Assembly (NCBI RefSeq): GCF_001194135.2
Contig: NC_068987.1
Coordinates: forward strand, 105,100,491 to 105,164,490
DNA: 64,000 nucleotides
Direction of reading: 5' to 3'
From: Octopus bimaculoides
Lineage: Eukaryota
Of the stretch, positions 25,751 through 38,144 are shown one piece after another. The translations under genes were made by a program, and so were the position numbers. The notes under the pieces are model-generated. The model did no database searches. It was not told where the DNA came from and saw only the letters and a list, made by a program, of their open reading frames with translations. The number at the start of each line of letters is the position of its first letter. Within the stretch, counting starts at the first letter, position 1.

Positions 25751-27336
25751 CACACACACACATATATATATTTATCTATCATCATCATCATCAAATGTCC
25801 ATTTTCCATGCTGGTATGGATTGGACAGTTTGACAGGTGGTGGTCAGCCAGGGAGCTGCTCGGGCTCCAATTTGTCTATTTTGGTAAGGTTTCTATTGCT
25901 GGATGCCCTTTCTAATGACAACCACTTTACAGAGTGCACTGGGTGCTTTGTATGTGATACTGGCACAAGTGCTTTTAAACATGGCACCAGGGTGAGTGCT
26001 CTTAAAGTGGCACCAGTATGAATGCCTTTAATGTGTAATCAGCACAAGTGCTTATAAAGTGGCACCAGCACAGGTGCCTTTCTAAGTGGCACTGGCACAG
26101 GTTCTTTTCTACATAACATGGCATGTGTGTGTGTGTGTGTGTGTACACACATATATGTATGTGTATCCCTAAACACATACATATGGGTATAAATCATCTT
26201 CATATTAATGCCAATCTTTCTGTGCAGGAGTCAGACAGAATTTACTGAGACAAATTTTTTTATTGTCAGATACCTTTCCAGTCACCAACACTCACCTGTT
26301 TTCAAGCAAGGTAAATATTTTCTCATGGCTGGGCATATTTACACAGAAAACTGGAAACAAAGGATGTCACTTGTATGACAGTGACACTCATTTACAACTA
26401 CTGTGCAATGTCAAGGAAAGCAGACACACAGACACACACAAATGTATAAACGATATGTATAATGTGGGGCCGGGGGGTAATGTATTTAATGTGCTGAACT
26501 TCTGCTTTGATGAGCACCTGAAATGCATTCGAGCAGCCACGAGAAAATGAAAACTTTTCAGACTGTTAGAGAGGATTAAGAATTATACTGCAAGCTAAAA
26601 ACGAAAATGGTTCATATACAATCGAAAGATGATAAAAAAAAAAAAGATATGATAGTATATTTTAAATATAAGCATAAACTAATATTATGCCAGTGTATTA
26701 ATAAAAAGAAGTCCAAAGATAACAATATACAGATAGAACTTCTTTAGGAAAAGAATCTCTAGCTATCTTGAAAGTACATAGATGATTGAGTAATTGAGAG
26801 AGTAAACAGCAAATGCACATTGTTTGATCAAATAAATGCAAATGAAATCGAAATTCTATAAATGTTATTATATATATAGTCTAAAATACTTTTATTTGTT
26901 GGAGTAATCAATAATACATATCTATAGAAAGGATGGTGAAGAAATGGATGATATCAGCAATGAAGTAGAAACCTGAGTGGTTCTTTTACCTGATTATTAG
27001 ATTCCAAAGAAATTCATTTGTTGCTTTGCTTTTAATATGGTAGAACATATTTCTTAACGTAAAAGTCACTTGGTATACAATACAATTGTTTAGTTTTAAA
27101 AAATTTGTTACAATACACATTTTCACAAAACTGCATTATATGAATAGAGTGTCAAAGAAAGATGAATACCGTAATCAATGCTATAGAAAAAAATTAATCT
27201 AAATGGATAAATTTAGAAGGAACAGATCTGAGAATAATGAATCTCACAGGGAAGATTATAGATCAAATTTCTTTGTGACATACCATATTAAACATTTGCC
27301 TAAATCATACGAAAATGAAAAAGCAAAGCTCTAAAT

Positions 27337-27639
27337 CAGTGGTTTTTCAACCAGGCCCACAGATTGTGCAATAAATTGGTTATATTTCTTCTACAATACA
27401 TCAAATAATTTGACAATCTTTTAATACAATTTCTAATAATATCTAAATATAAAAATATGTTTTTTTTTTAAAATTGAATAGGTGCAGGGGTGGCCGTGTG
27501 GTAAGAAGCTTGCTTCCCAACCACATGGTTCTGGGTTCAGTACCACTGGGCAAGTGTTTTCTATTGTAGCCTCAGACTGCTGAACAAAGCTTTGTGAATG
27601 GATTTAGCAGACGGAAACTGAAAGAAGCCCATTGTGTGC

Positions 27640-27702
<63 letters not shown>

Positions 27703-27978
27703 TCCCCCCATCATCGCTTGACACCTGATGTTGGTATGTTTACATCCCCGTAACTTAGCAGTTCGGCAAAAGAGACCGATAGAATAAGTAATAGGCTTAC
27801 AAAGAATAAGTCCTGGGGTCGATTTGTTCGACTAAAGGCAGTGCTCCAGCATGGCTGCAGTCAAATGACTGAAACAAGTAAAAGAATAAAAGAATTGAAT
27901 AGCTATGTATGGATGTCCACCTGAGCAAGATAGGAATCAAAGGGGCTTGCATAGGCAAAAAGTGGTTGAGAATCATTG
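27337..27978 (+). mobile_element. hAT (Charlie/Buster-like) MITE containing a nested family-A SINE
   Basis: 8-bp TSD CTCTAAAT (27329-36 and 27979-86); TIR-like ends CAGTGGTTTTTCAACC / GGTTGAGAATCATTG. Confidence 0.85.
27482..27892 (+). mobile_element. Family-A SINE with TSD
   Basis: TSD AATTGAATAG at 27472-81 and 27893-902; nested in the hAT MITE. Confidence 0.9.
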
Positions 27979-28077
27979 CTCTAAATAAGGATGGCTATTG
28001 ATCATTTGACAAAAGACTATATACTGTAATAAATCATTTTTAAATAGTGAAATTCGAAGTAGATGAAGCGATGAAAT

Positions 28078-28520
28078 CATCATCATCATCATCATCATTT
28101 AACATCCACTTTCCATGCTGGCATGAGTTGGATGGTTTGACTGAGGACTGGCGAGCCAGGGGGCTGCACCAGGCTCCAATCTGATCTGGCAGAGTTTCTT
28201 ATTTCTTTACTGCCCACAAGGGGCTACAGACAGAGGGGACAAACAAGGACAGACAAACGGATTAAGTCAACTATATCGACTCCAGTGCATAACTGGTACT
28301 TATTTAATCGCCCGGCATGCTAACGTTTCTGCCAGCTCATTGCTTTTGGCAGAGTTTCTATAGCTAGATGCCCTTCCTAACGCCAACCACTCCGAGAGTG
28401 TAGTGGGTGCTTTCACATGTCACCGGCATGAGGGCCAGTCAGGCGGTACTGGCAGCAGCCACGCTCAAATGGTGTTTTTTGCGTGCCACCTGCACAGGAG
28501 CCAGTCCAGCGGCACTGGCA
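28078..28520 (-). mobile_element. RTE 3'-UTR copy (family B) with nested family-C-head SINE (28200-28346)
   Basis: The insert is flanked by the 13-bp TSD TGGCAGAGTTTCT (28187-99 and 28347-59). Confidence 0.88.
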
Positions 28521-29067
28521 ACGACTTTACTCAACATGTAAAATATTTTCCCATGGATGAAAAAAACCAAATGTTATCAAACAGCTTTAGTCACATTTAA
28601 TGCAATCAATCAATGTTATAGACAAAAGCAAACTAAAAAGTTAAGAGATATTCAAAAGTTTAACGACGTTAACATATAGTTATAAAGCATCTAACATGTC
28701 AGTTTAGGCATATCTTCATCATCTGATCCACAATTCGACTGTGATCATCTCATTTTATTGTAAGCTTTTCTCATATCTATCACCTTAAAACATGGAGTGT
28801 GCACTCTAAAGATAGCAATAAGTTTCTTGTGAGAGATTTGTCTGCTACTTTGATCAGTTTGAGAAACTACACAGGTGCTCCCTCACTAGCATATCAATGA
28901 TTATATTCATAAGACAGTGGTTCCATTCACATATATGATAAACGAATGAAATTATATAGAGTGATTAAATTAATACAAATCTTTTTCCTTTCCTAAGTTA
29001 AAATCAGAAAAATATTATTTGAGCAACAAAAATAGTGATGCATATAGTATCATGGAAGCTGTAAAGA

Positions 29068-29141
<74 letters not shown>

Positions 29142-29458
29142 TACCCAAAGCTGGGTCGCATTATCACGGAGGCTAAGATTGTATATGGGTACAACATAGA
29201 TTTTCTAGAACTTTTGGGTCCAAAGCATTTCTGGATTACTAATTTCTCTGAACTAGTATTGGTTACCTTGATCAACACACTTTAAATTAGACAAATACTA
29301 AATTTACTTAAACGATATACAGATACCTGTACATTACAATAAATTAGAATGGATTATAAGAGATTCCAAACCATCAGGGTCTGAAAAGTCAGTGTTGTAC
29401 CTGTATATGTCTCCAGAATACAGAAGATTGTTTACACCTGCTCAAATGTGGACATTCT

Positions 29459-30000
29459 GTTTGAACAAGCTGCACTGCAGTAGTTACCATGAGAGAAATT
29501 CTGATATTGGCTTTTTTGGTGCAACATGCACTCGTGTTTATACTGCTAGTTGGGAGATAAATCCCCGTCACCTCCAGCACTGAGACCACCAGGTCATGTG
29601 ATTTCCACCGCCCTTGGTCTTGTCAATGATGGATGCTCAACCACAAGCAGCGATTCATCCCCACCAATAGTAATATATATAGGATATAGGATAGCAGGAT
29701 AATAGGATATATGATAACAGTGTAATATATATAGGATATAGGATAACAGTGTCAGAACAGACACTGGTGTTGCGATTAGCCAGTGGGCTTGTTAAAAAAT
29801 ATTTAATGGTAACACAGGCAGAATTAATACCAAGAGGTGATATTTATGCTCATTTAAACGTGTATGTTTTGTTAGAACAAGCCATACTGCAGTAGTTACC
29901 ACGAGAGAAATTCTCATATTGACTTTTGGTGAAACATGCACTCTTGTTTATATCACTAATAGGGAGATAAATCCCCATCACCCCCAGGGCTGAGACCATT
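29459..30000. repeat. Diverged ~130-bp direct repeat (29459-29590 and ~29868-30000)
   Basis: GAACAAGC...CTGCAGTAGTTACCA.GAGAGAAATTCT.ATATTG...GGGAGATAAATCCCC.TCACC.CCAG..CTGAGACCA occurs twice, about 410 bp apart. Confidence 0.85.
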
Positions 30001-31076
30001 AAGATGATTGTATGTTGACTTAAATGAATAACTTATACACAACAGGATAGAGGGACCAGTTGACTACTAAGTAACAAGTTATAACAATATTCCTTCAAAT
30101 CCTCATAGTTTTTTCATTGCAACCAGCTGTTGCTGCTGCTAAAGGCCAATGATATCAACAAGCAATAAATACACCACAGAGTTTAACAAAACCACAATTA
30201 TCAACACTGAAATCCATATGTTCAACAAAATAATAGCAGAAGTACCTAAAAAAAGCACGTTCCCAGTGCAGTATGAGATACAACTCTAACAGCACAACCC
30301 AAATATCTAACCTTATAAAAGCCAGACGTATTATCAAACACAACCCACAACCAAAATAACCTCATTGATAAAAAAAATAAACAAGAAAATAAAATAAAAT
30401 AAAAATAAAATTTTTAAAAAACTGGTAAACATAACCATAAAATAAGCTTTAAAACGCCATAAAAACAATATCAATGCCTTTAACAAAGGCCACTGTAACG
30501 AAATAAATTAGCAAGTAAATGCAACTTTAACATGGTTACTTAACCAACTAGAAACTGCAACTAAATTTCTTCAAATCACACTACCATCTTAAAAAAGACA
30601 GAAACATCAGGTAATGTAATTTGTGATATACAAAATGACAGGATAGTCGTAAATGGAAAGTTTTTTTATCACAGGTCTACTCAATTAGGCCTGCTCTGGA
30701 TAAAGACAGCAACAAACTAGTAATATAGTTATAATATAGATCACATCTTAAATTGTGAATTCAATAACTTAAAACAATAATCTTCGATGAGTACTTTGAT
30801 TAAATGTTTATAAATTTATGGCAAGTCAAAGAAGGGGGAAGATAATAAAAACAATCAAGTAGGAATCAATAGAAAAGAACAGGGATATGAAGGAATTATG
30901 TTGGTTTAATAGTCTTTTATTAGACTGAGGCCATGTTGGAGCATGACTGACAGAGTTTTAGATGATCATATTAAGCAGATTTATCTATCCCTGTCTGGAA
31001 TTCATCTAATTGATCACAGTTTGTTGAACTGTTAAGTTATGAGGCATAAAGAGACACAATGTAAGCAAGTCAGTCT

Positions 31077-31306
31077 TTAACTCTTTAGCATTTAAACCGA
31101 CCGTATCTGGCCAAAATATTCAGCCTGTTTTATTTTCAAACCAACCAAATCCCACCTCTCACATCTACTCTCAAATGCCATTTTAAAAATACAACAATTA
31201 CTTCATCAAAATCTAGAAGGTACAAGATAATGCATGATTAATTCAAAATCAATGTGAATAAATAAGCATTATATTTGAGAGGGTAAACTGAATTCCAAAG
31301 GGTTAA
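31077..31306 (+). mobile_element. piggyBac-like MITE, same family as 9817
   Basis: TTAA ends and internal similarity. Further partial copies at 109-131 (right end) and ~44120-44335. Confidence 0.8.
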
Positions 31307-31529
31307 ACCATTGTAAACATAAACACAGACTTTGACACATGTATTCACTACAGGCTGCTACAAAAATTCCATCAGCCAAATTCCATTCACAGTCAGCCTG
31401 AAGGCACTTATCTAAAGAGCTATGCATTGAGATGGAACTTGGAATCGCATGATGATTGCAAAGCACTAAGTCATAACTTCATATAAATTATTTTAAAAAA
31501 CAAATTATTATTAATTCTTTTTAAAATAT

Positions 31530-31688
31530 GGGTGCAGGCATGGCTGCGTGATTAAGGAACTCACTTTGCTACCACATGGTTTCAGGTTCAATCTCACCAC
31601 ACAGCACTTTGAGAAAGTGTCTTCTGCTATAGCCTCAGATCGATTATTGCCTTGTGAGTGAATTTTGCAGGCAGAAACTCTGCCAAAG

Positions 31689-31754
<66 letters not shown>

Positions 31755-31790
31755 GCGTGCGTGTGCGTGCGTGCGTGTGTGTGTAAAGGT
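31530..31790 (+). mobile_element. Family-A SINE head plus (TG)n
   Basis: tRNA/CORE-like head ending in an expanded microsatellite. Confidence 0.7.
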
Positions 31791-32204
31791 ATTTAATATA
31801 ATGTCAAAAAAGCAATATTTGGAAGAAACGTGGTTAGGGGTATAATTTCAAAATATCTGTAACTATACTTTTGAAAGACTAAAAATTCTCATTAACTGCT
31901 AAACATGTCAACAAAGATCAATAAACAGATGTCATACCTAGAATAATGTACTGTTTAACAATCAAAAACTAGTATGTTGCTTTATTAAACTCAAAGAATT
32001 TATTGAAATTAAATGAATGCTGGTTTTCAATTAGCCTAATAAAGTTTAAGGCATAATCAGGAATTAACCTTCACATTAAGTGGCATAGCATGCTGTTAAT
32101 TGCTTAGAATATCAATAATTAAAGCTTTTAGTTGTCAACAAGTGACCCTTTATGCCTAAAGTATGCTGTGTTATGCAGGTTGTAAAAGTGCAATTCAATA
32201 CTCT

Positions 32205-32405
32205 CTCTTTTACTTGTTTCAGTCATTTGACTGTGGCCATGCTGGAGCACCGCCTTTAGTCGAGCAAATCGACCTCAGGACTTATTCTTTGTAAGCCTAG
32301 TACTTATTCTATCGGTCTCTTTTTCCAAACCGCTAAGTTACAGGGACGTAAACACACCAGCATCGGTTGTCAAGCGATGTTGGGGGAACAAACACAGACA
32401 CACAA

Positions 32406-32436
<31 letters not shown>

Positions 32437-32487
32437 CATATATACGATGGGCTTCTTTCAGTTTCCGTCTACCAAATCCACTCACAA
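32205..32487 (-). mobile_element. Family-A SINE, young, 5'-truncated
   Basis: Near-identical to the body and tail of the 34461 copy. Confidence 0.9.
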
Positions 32488-32889
32488 TACAGTGAAGTAA
32501 TATGAACAATAAAAACAAAGGATACTAAAAAAGAATGAGCTCTGTAATTTGTGGTAAATTGATTAGGTATTAAATGAATTGAATGGTACATCAGATTATG
32601 TACTGTAGGGTTAGAAATATATTGAGAATAAATTATAAATACTAAACAAAAATGTTCTAAATTTGTATTAATGACAAACCAGAGAAAATTCATAATAAAT
32701 GTGTGATTACTTGAGATTTAGATTAAAAGAACTCAAGCAATTGATGGCACAACAAAGCTACTTTGAATACACAACTAACTCTGTTGCTTTTTAAATTAAC
32801 CAAATTCAAGTCCCGCACCTAACCTGGAGAATAATTTTCTTCTCTTGATATTTTGTATATTTTTTAAAATTATCTACAGAAGTATACCT

Positions 32890-33230
32890 TCTTTTACTTG
32901 TTTTCGTCATTGAACTGCGGCCATTCTGTAGCACTACCTTGAAAGATTTAGTTAAACAAATCAACCCCAGCACGTTTTTTAAGCCTGGCACTTAATCTAT
33001 CAGTTTATTTTGCTGAACCACTAAGTTACAGGTACATAAACAAACCAAGACCAGATGTTAAATGGTGGTGGAGGACAAACACAAACACATATATACACAA
33101 ACGGCTTCCACACAGTTTCCATCTACCAAAATTCCATTGTACTGACCAGCCTGGAGCTATAGTAAAAGACACCTGCCCTAGGTACCACACAAAGGGACTG
33201 AACTTAAAACCACATAATTTCAAAGTGAAC
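32890..33230 (-). mobile_element. Family-A SINE, older
   Basis: Diverged full-length match. Confidence 0.75.
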
Positions 33231-33539
33231 AGACCTTAAATGATGATTGCTTTATTTTTTCTTTCTTTACCTTTTTACCTAAAGCAACTTTTTAAAGTAC
33301 TTTTTAAAGCACATCCAAACAAGTACATGGCAATGTAGTGTAAATTAAATATAACAGGAGAAAAACTGCTTTCTGGGCAATTTCTTTCCATTTTGTATAG
33401 TATACATCCCACACACACGAACATGCAGATGCACGCACGTGTGTGCATGCGTGCGTGTAAGATTACACTGTCCAATGTCTTTCCTCAATTTCTTCACTTT
33501 TCAAGAACGACTGAACTTATAAAGCAGTAAAATCCTCAT

Positions 33540-33774
33540 AATCATTATTTTCTATGCTTTCATGGTTCAGATGGAATTTGTTGGAGTGAATTTTCTACAG
33601 CTGGATGCCTTTCCTATTGTCAACCCTTATCTGTTTCCAAATAAGGTGATATTTTCCTATGACCAGACGTGTTTTCATTGAAGATTGGAAAGAAAGGACA
33701 CCACTTGTATGACAATGCCAGTCATTTACAACAACTATGCAAAGTCAAGGCAAAGAGATAGTAACACACACAGA

Positions 33775-33808
<34 letters not shown>

Positions 33809-33960
33809 TGTGTGTGAAACAGGGTTCTTTCAGTTTCTGTCTACCGATTCCACTCATAAGGCTTTGGTTGGCCCAGAGCTAGAGTAGAAGTCACTTGTTC
33901 AATGTGCCATGCAGTGGGACTGAACCTGAAATAATGTGGTTGCAACTATGCCTGCACCTA
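33540..33960 (-). mobile_element. Family-F SINE: family-A head, distinct body, RTE-like tail
   Basis: A-type head and microsatellite, then a different ~150-bp body, GGAAGGGCATCCAGCTGTAGAAA-like segment and (GAT)n-like tail. Related pieces at ~9030-9300, 12230-12570, 19900-20195, 26190-26440 and 37040-37290 (all -). Confidence 0.75.
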
Positions 33961-34460
33961 TAATAGGTAGGCAGGCAGGCAGGACAGTCGGTTGGCAGAG
34001 GGATAGACGGACGGACGGACGGACGGACGGACGGACAGACAGACAGACAGACAGATATAGTGGCATGGTTATATATTTATGTTTTGTAATCATCATATTC
34101 ACATATTATCAATTTTGACTATTATTTAAATCTCAAGGTGCTGGACTTCACAGAAAAGTTATACAATATTGATGGAAGCAGCCATATGTCGTATTGCAGA
34201 TCTCTCTGACCTTGACCAGACTGGAAAATTTGACATTAATGCAACAGCAGTAGTAATTACATTAATACAGCATTTTATGTGGACTATGTGAACAAACCTG
34301 TATGAATCATAGTTTACTTAGTTACTAATCAAGGCTCTACACGACAGTAACACATCCATCTATTCATGAAACATTCCAGAGTATTTTTACAAACCAACAA
34401 ACTCAGCCTGCAAGTTATAGAAGCCAAATATCTCTCAAACCACATCCAACCATCTTAAAT

Positions 34461-34885
34461 AGGCGTAGGAGTGGCTGTGTGGTAAGTAGCTTGCTTACCA
34501 ACCACATGGTTCCGGGTTCAGTCCCACTGAGTGGCATCTTGGGCAAGTGTCTTCTACTATAGCCTTGGGCCGACCAAAGCCTTGTAAGTGGATTTGGTAG
34601 ACGGAAACTGAAAGAAGCCTGTCATATATATGTATATATGTATATATATGTATGTGTGTGTGTGTGTTTGTGTGTCTGTGTTTGTCCCCCCCAACATCGC
34701 TTGACAACCGATGCTGGTGTGTTTACGTCCCTGTAACTTAGCGGTTCGGCAAAAGAGACCGATAGAATAAGTACTAGGCTTCCAAAGAATAAGTCCTGGG
34801 GTCGATTTGCTCGACTAAAAGGTGGTGCTCCAGCATGGCCACAGTCAAAAAGACTGAAACAAGTAAAAGAGTAAAGAGTAAAGAG
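34461..34885 (+). mobile_element. Family-A tRNA-derived SINE (CORE-like; possibly octopus OR-type), young full-length copy
   Basis: A box TGGCTGTGTGG, B box GGTTCAGTCC, CTTGGGCAAGT CORE-like start, central (TA/TG)n and (GTAAAAGA)n tail. More than 20 related copies in the window. Confidence 0.9.
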
Positions 34886-36112
34886 ATACATTGGAAAACA
34901 TACCTGGTATTAAAAAAATGAGATATTATAACAAGAACACTTTTGATTATACATTAGCAACTCAATCAAAGCTGAGCAGAGGCTGTTAGCGACAGCAGCT
35001 TACAACATTAATAATACATTTGATCAAGCATTTCAATTTATTATAACCCAGTATTTTATTTTTTCCTCTTCAAGTCATATGAACTTGAATAAGAGCAATA
35101 AGAATAGCAACAAAGATAACAGATATATTACATATTAGGGACTAACTATTCTCACATTTGTAAAATACCATAGAGGTTATGACATGCCATGAATGCTTCT
35201 CCTGCCACATCACAAAGCAATTAGACACAATTAGATTAAATACGCTAGTAATAATAAGCCTTCACAAATTTAATTCAGGCATATCTATGTAATGAATCTC
35301 TAAAGTATGATATGAAATGCTATCCATTAGTTTTTTTTCTTTAGAATTTACTCCTCAAACAAGTAGTTCTTTTTTTAATGATACAATCATCTACAAATAG
35401 CTTCAATATACAATTCCATTTCTTTAATAATTCAAAGCAACATTTATTTACCTAATAAAACACATGCACTGGCACACACAGACACAATACAAAATTTCAC
35501 TTACACAACCTGCATGCTTATATATAATTGTGTGCTAATATACTTAATGAAGTGAACCAAAAACAATCTTTAACCATTTGAAGTAAAATTCATTATGAGA
35601 AGATAAGGCATCGGTGTTAATGACAACTTTTGCAAAATTTAAACTGAGAAGTAAAGTATGATCTTTGGAGTGGTGACAACTCAGAACAGACATGTTTCAG
35701 TCTTATTTAACATCCTCAGCTAAATATAGTTTAACATATACTTACAAAATCTTAGAATGACTGAGAGGAAACAGAGTTTTGTAAATGTTACTCACTGATT
35801 AGGTTACTTAAAATTACATACATAAATCCATACAAACATAAAACTGATCACCAAAGCAGTCTAACATGGACCAACAACTGAATTACTACCTCCCGCTTTG
35901 AAGCATTTGTAATCCAGGAACAGGAAATAACAACCAAATACTGATGCACAAAAGGGACAGATATGCAGGAAAAGCAGTAAAATGAGACAACCAATGCAGA
36001 CTCTGTGGAGTTAACGCTGAAGATATCACCCACATCATAAGCAGTTGTCCAAAAAATGTCATCACAGTATTGTCTACTGATGAGATAACCAAGCCAAGAG
36101 AGAGATATATAG

Positions 36113-36435
36113 GCACCGGAGTGGCTGTGTGTTAAGAAGCTTGCTTCCCAACCACATGGTTCCGGGTTCAGTCCTACTGCATGGCACCTTGGGCAAGTGT
36201 TTTCTACTATAGTCACAGTTAAATGACTGAAATAAATAAAAGAATAAAAAAGAAAGAATATATATATACACACACAGAACAGGTTTCTTCCAGTGTCCAT
36301 CTACCAAATTCACTCACAAAGCTTTGGTCGGCCTGAGGCTGCAGTAGAAGACACTTGCCCAAGGTGTCATGCAGTTGGACTGAACCCGAGATCATGTGGT
36401 TGGGAAGCAAGCTTCTTACCACACAGCCACACCTG
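36113..36435. mobile_element. Inverted pair of family-A SINE heads (+ internally deleted copy 36113-36250; - head 36265-36435)
   Basis: The + copy joins the head directly to the terminal tail (CTACTATAG|TCACAGTTAAATGACTGAAA). The - copy is the reverse complement of the same head. Confidence 0.85.
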
Positions 36436-37528
36436 CCCCTCACAGTCAACTACTTCCTCAATTTATATGAGAAAGTGATTATGTCTCTAATCCAGTTCTT
36501 CATCTAAATACTTTAACATAAAAATCAAACAATTAAGTTTAATCCTTCTTGATACATCTTGATTTAATATGTATGAAATACAACAAACTAAGAAAATAAG
36601 AAATGAAACATATGAAAAACTTTATAGTGAATACCTTAGAATTATATTCCAGCATTTTAGATTTTTAATCTAAAAGTGATATACAAAATAAAAACAAAAA
36701 CAAAGAAAACATTCCAATTCTTTGATAATAGCATAAAATGGTCAAGCATTTCCACCACCTTCCTTCCTGCTATCAAAGGTGTCAAGTAGGGGCAAGCAAT
36801 TGAAGTCTAGAAGAGCAAGATAATTTGCTTTCAGAGATAAAGCATATCACAGATTACAATTACTATAGACTGTAATTATAATCTTCAGGAAAATCCTCTT
36901 CATAGTGTCTTAAGAATGAAAGTAAAATATCTCTTTAATTGTCAAGAAGTTAAAGTGCTGAACTAAATACAATGAATTCATATGATTTCTGACAAATGAA
37001 AGGCTGAACAAATGAGAATTTTTTTGTCACCAGTGTTCTTTCTCATGTGTTTCCTGACAGCTGCTTTCATCATCATTGCCAGTGTCCTCATTTTAATGTC
37101 CTCTTTGCTATGCCTGTTTGGGTCACATGGAGTTTTCCTTAGACAGATTTTCTACAGCTGTATACCCTTCCTGTTACCAACACACTTGTTTTCAAGCAGG
37201 GTGATATGCCTCCCCGTGGCCAGACTTTTTTTTTCAAAACATTACAAATGAATGACACAACTTGTATGACAGAGACACTCATTTACAACTATCACGAAAT
37301 ATCAAAATATAAACAAGATAATATAAAACCAAAAGCATAAAAACAACCTAATCAGATATAATAATTGTAAGACTCACATACCAATACACACACACACATA
37401 CACACAGTAACGTAATATGTGCATATTAAAAAAAATGAATATTGCTTTTGCTTCAATGACAGCTGGTTCTGGTTGCATGATAAACATAAGCAGTGATATG
37501 TATAAATGTAATGTTATTACCAGTTCAA

Positions 37529-37820
37529 ATATGCTTGAGGCACATTCAAACTGGGGAACAAGCCATTCACTGTGTTTTGTCATTGAGAAAATTTCTCAGA
37601 GGGGTCAAATGGTGTGGATATTGATCAGTTTGCATCATTGCCTGCCTGGTGTCTGAGACTGAAGAGGAGACAACTACTCCGAAATACTTGCATCTCACAG
37701 TCTAGGTAGGTGGCGCTGTGAACTGATCTAGGTATATCCACACCATTTGTCTAGAAATTTTCTCCATGACAAAACACTGTGAACGGCTTGTTCTCCAGTT
37801 AGAATGTGCCTTAAGCATAT
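37529..37820 (+). repeat. ~290-bp imperfect inverted repeat (rod-like hairpin)
   Basis: The left arm ATATGCTTGAGGCACATTCAAACTGGGGAACAAGCC... pairs with the right arm ...GGCTTGTTCTCCAGTTAGAATGTGCCTTAAGCATAT. Pairing continues inward, with bulges, into hammerhead stem I. Confidence 0.9.
37653..37700 (+). ncRNA. Type I hammerhead ribozyme at the apex of a long fold-back
   Basis: Stem I CUGAGA/UCACAG; core CUGAAGA (37659-65); stem II GGAG-ACAACUA-CUCC; GAAA (37681-84); stem III AUAC-UU-GCAU with one mismatch; AUC cleavage triplet (cut after 37694). Confidence 0.75.
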
Positions 37821-37836
37821 GATGAAATTTATCTAT

Positions 37837-38043
37837 TTAACCCTTTCGTTACCATATTTATTTTGAGATGCTCTGTGTTTCTTTCAATTATTTTAAAGAA
37901 TTTAGTTATCATTAAGGTAATATTAGGAACATAAATTGTGACTAAGGTTTGGTGGAAGATTTTAATTCAGAACTTATGAAAACAAGACATTTGTACTACA
38001 GAGCCAGAGCTGGTTTCAGCCAGGTTGGTAACAAAAGGGTTAA
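37837..38043 (+). mobile_element. piggyBac-like MITE, second family
   Basis: TTAA-CCCTTTCGTTACC ... GGTAACAAAAGGG-TTAA. Confidence 0.85.
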
Positions 38044-38144
38044 GCTTTATTTTTAACTGCCTTAATAACTGATACCTAATATTTTCGGAGAAAATATAAA
38101 ATGAAACCATTTTCAAAGATTTATTGGTTATACTAAAATACTGA

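Noticed and set aside
35685-35720. CTGAGGA...GAAACATGTC on the minus strand (PLE-type hammerhead remnant)
   Set aside because: Palindromic stem III and GUC are present, but stem II is broken and stem I does not pair. At best a dead remnant.
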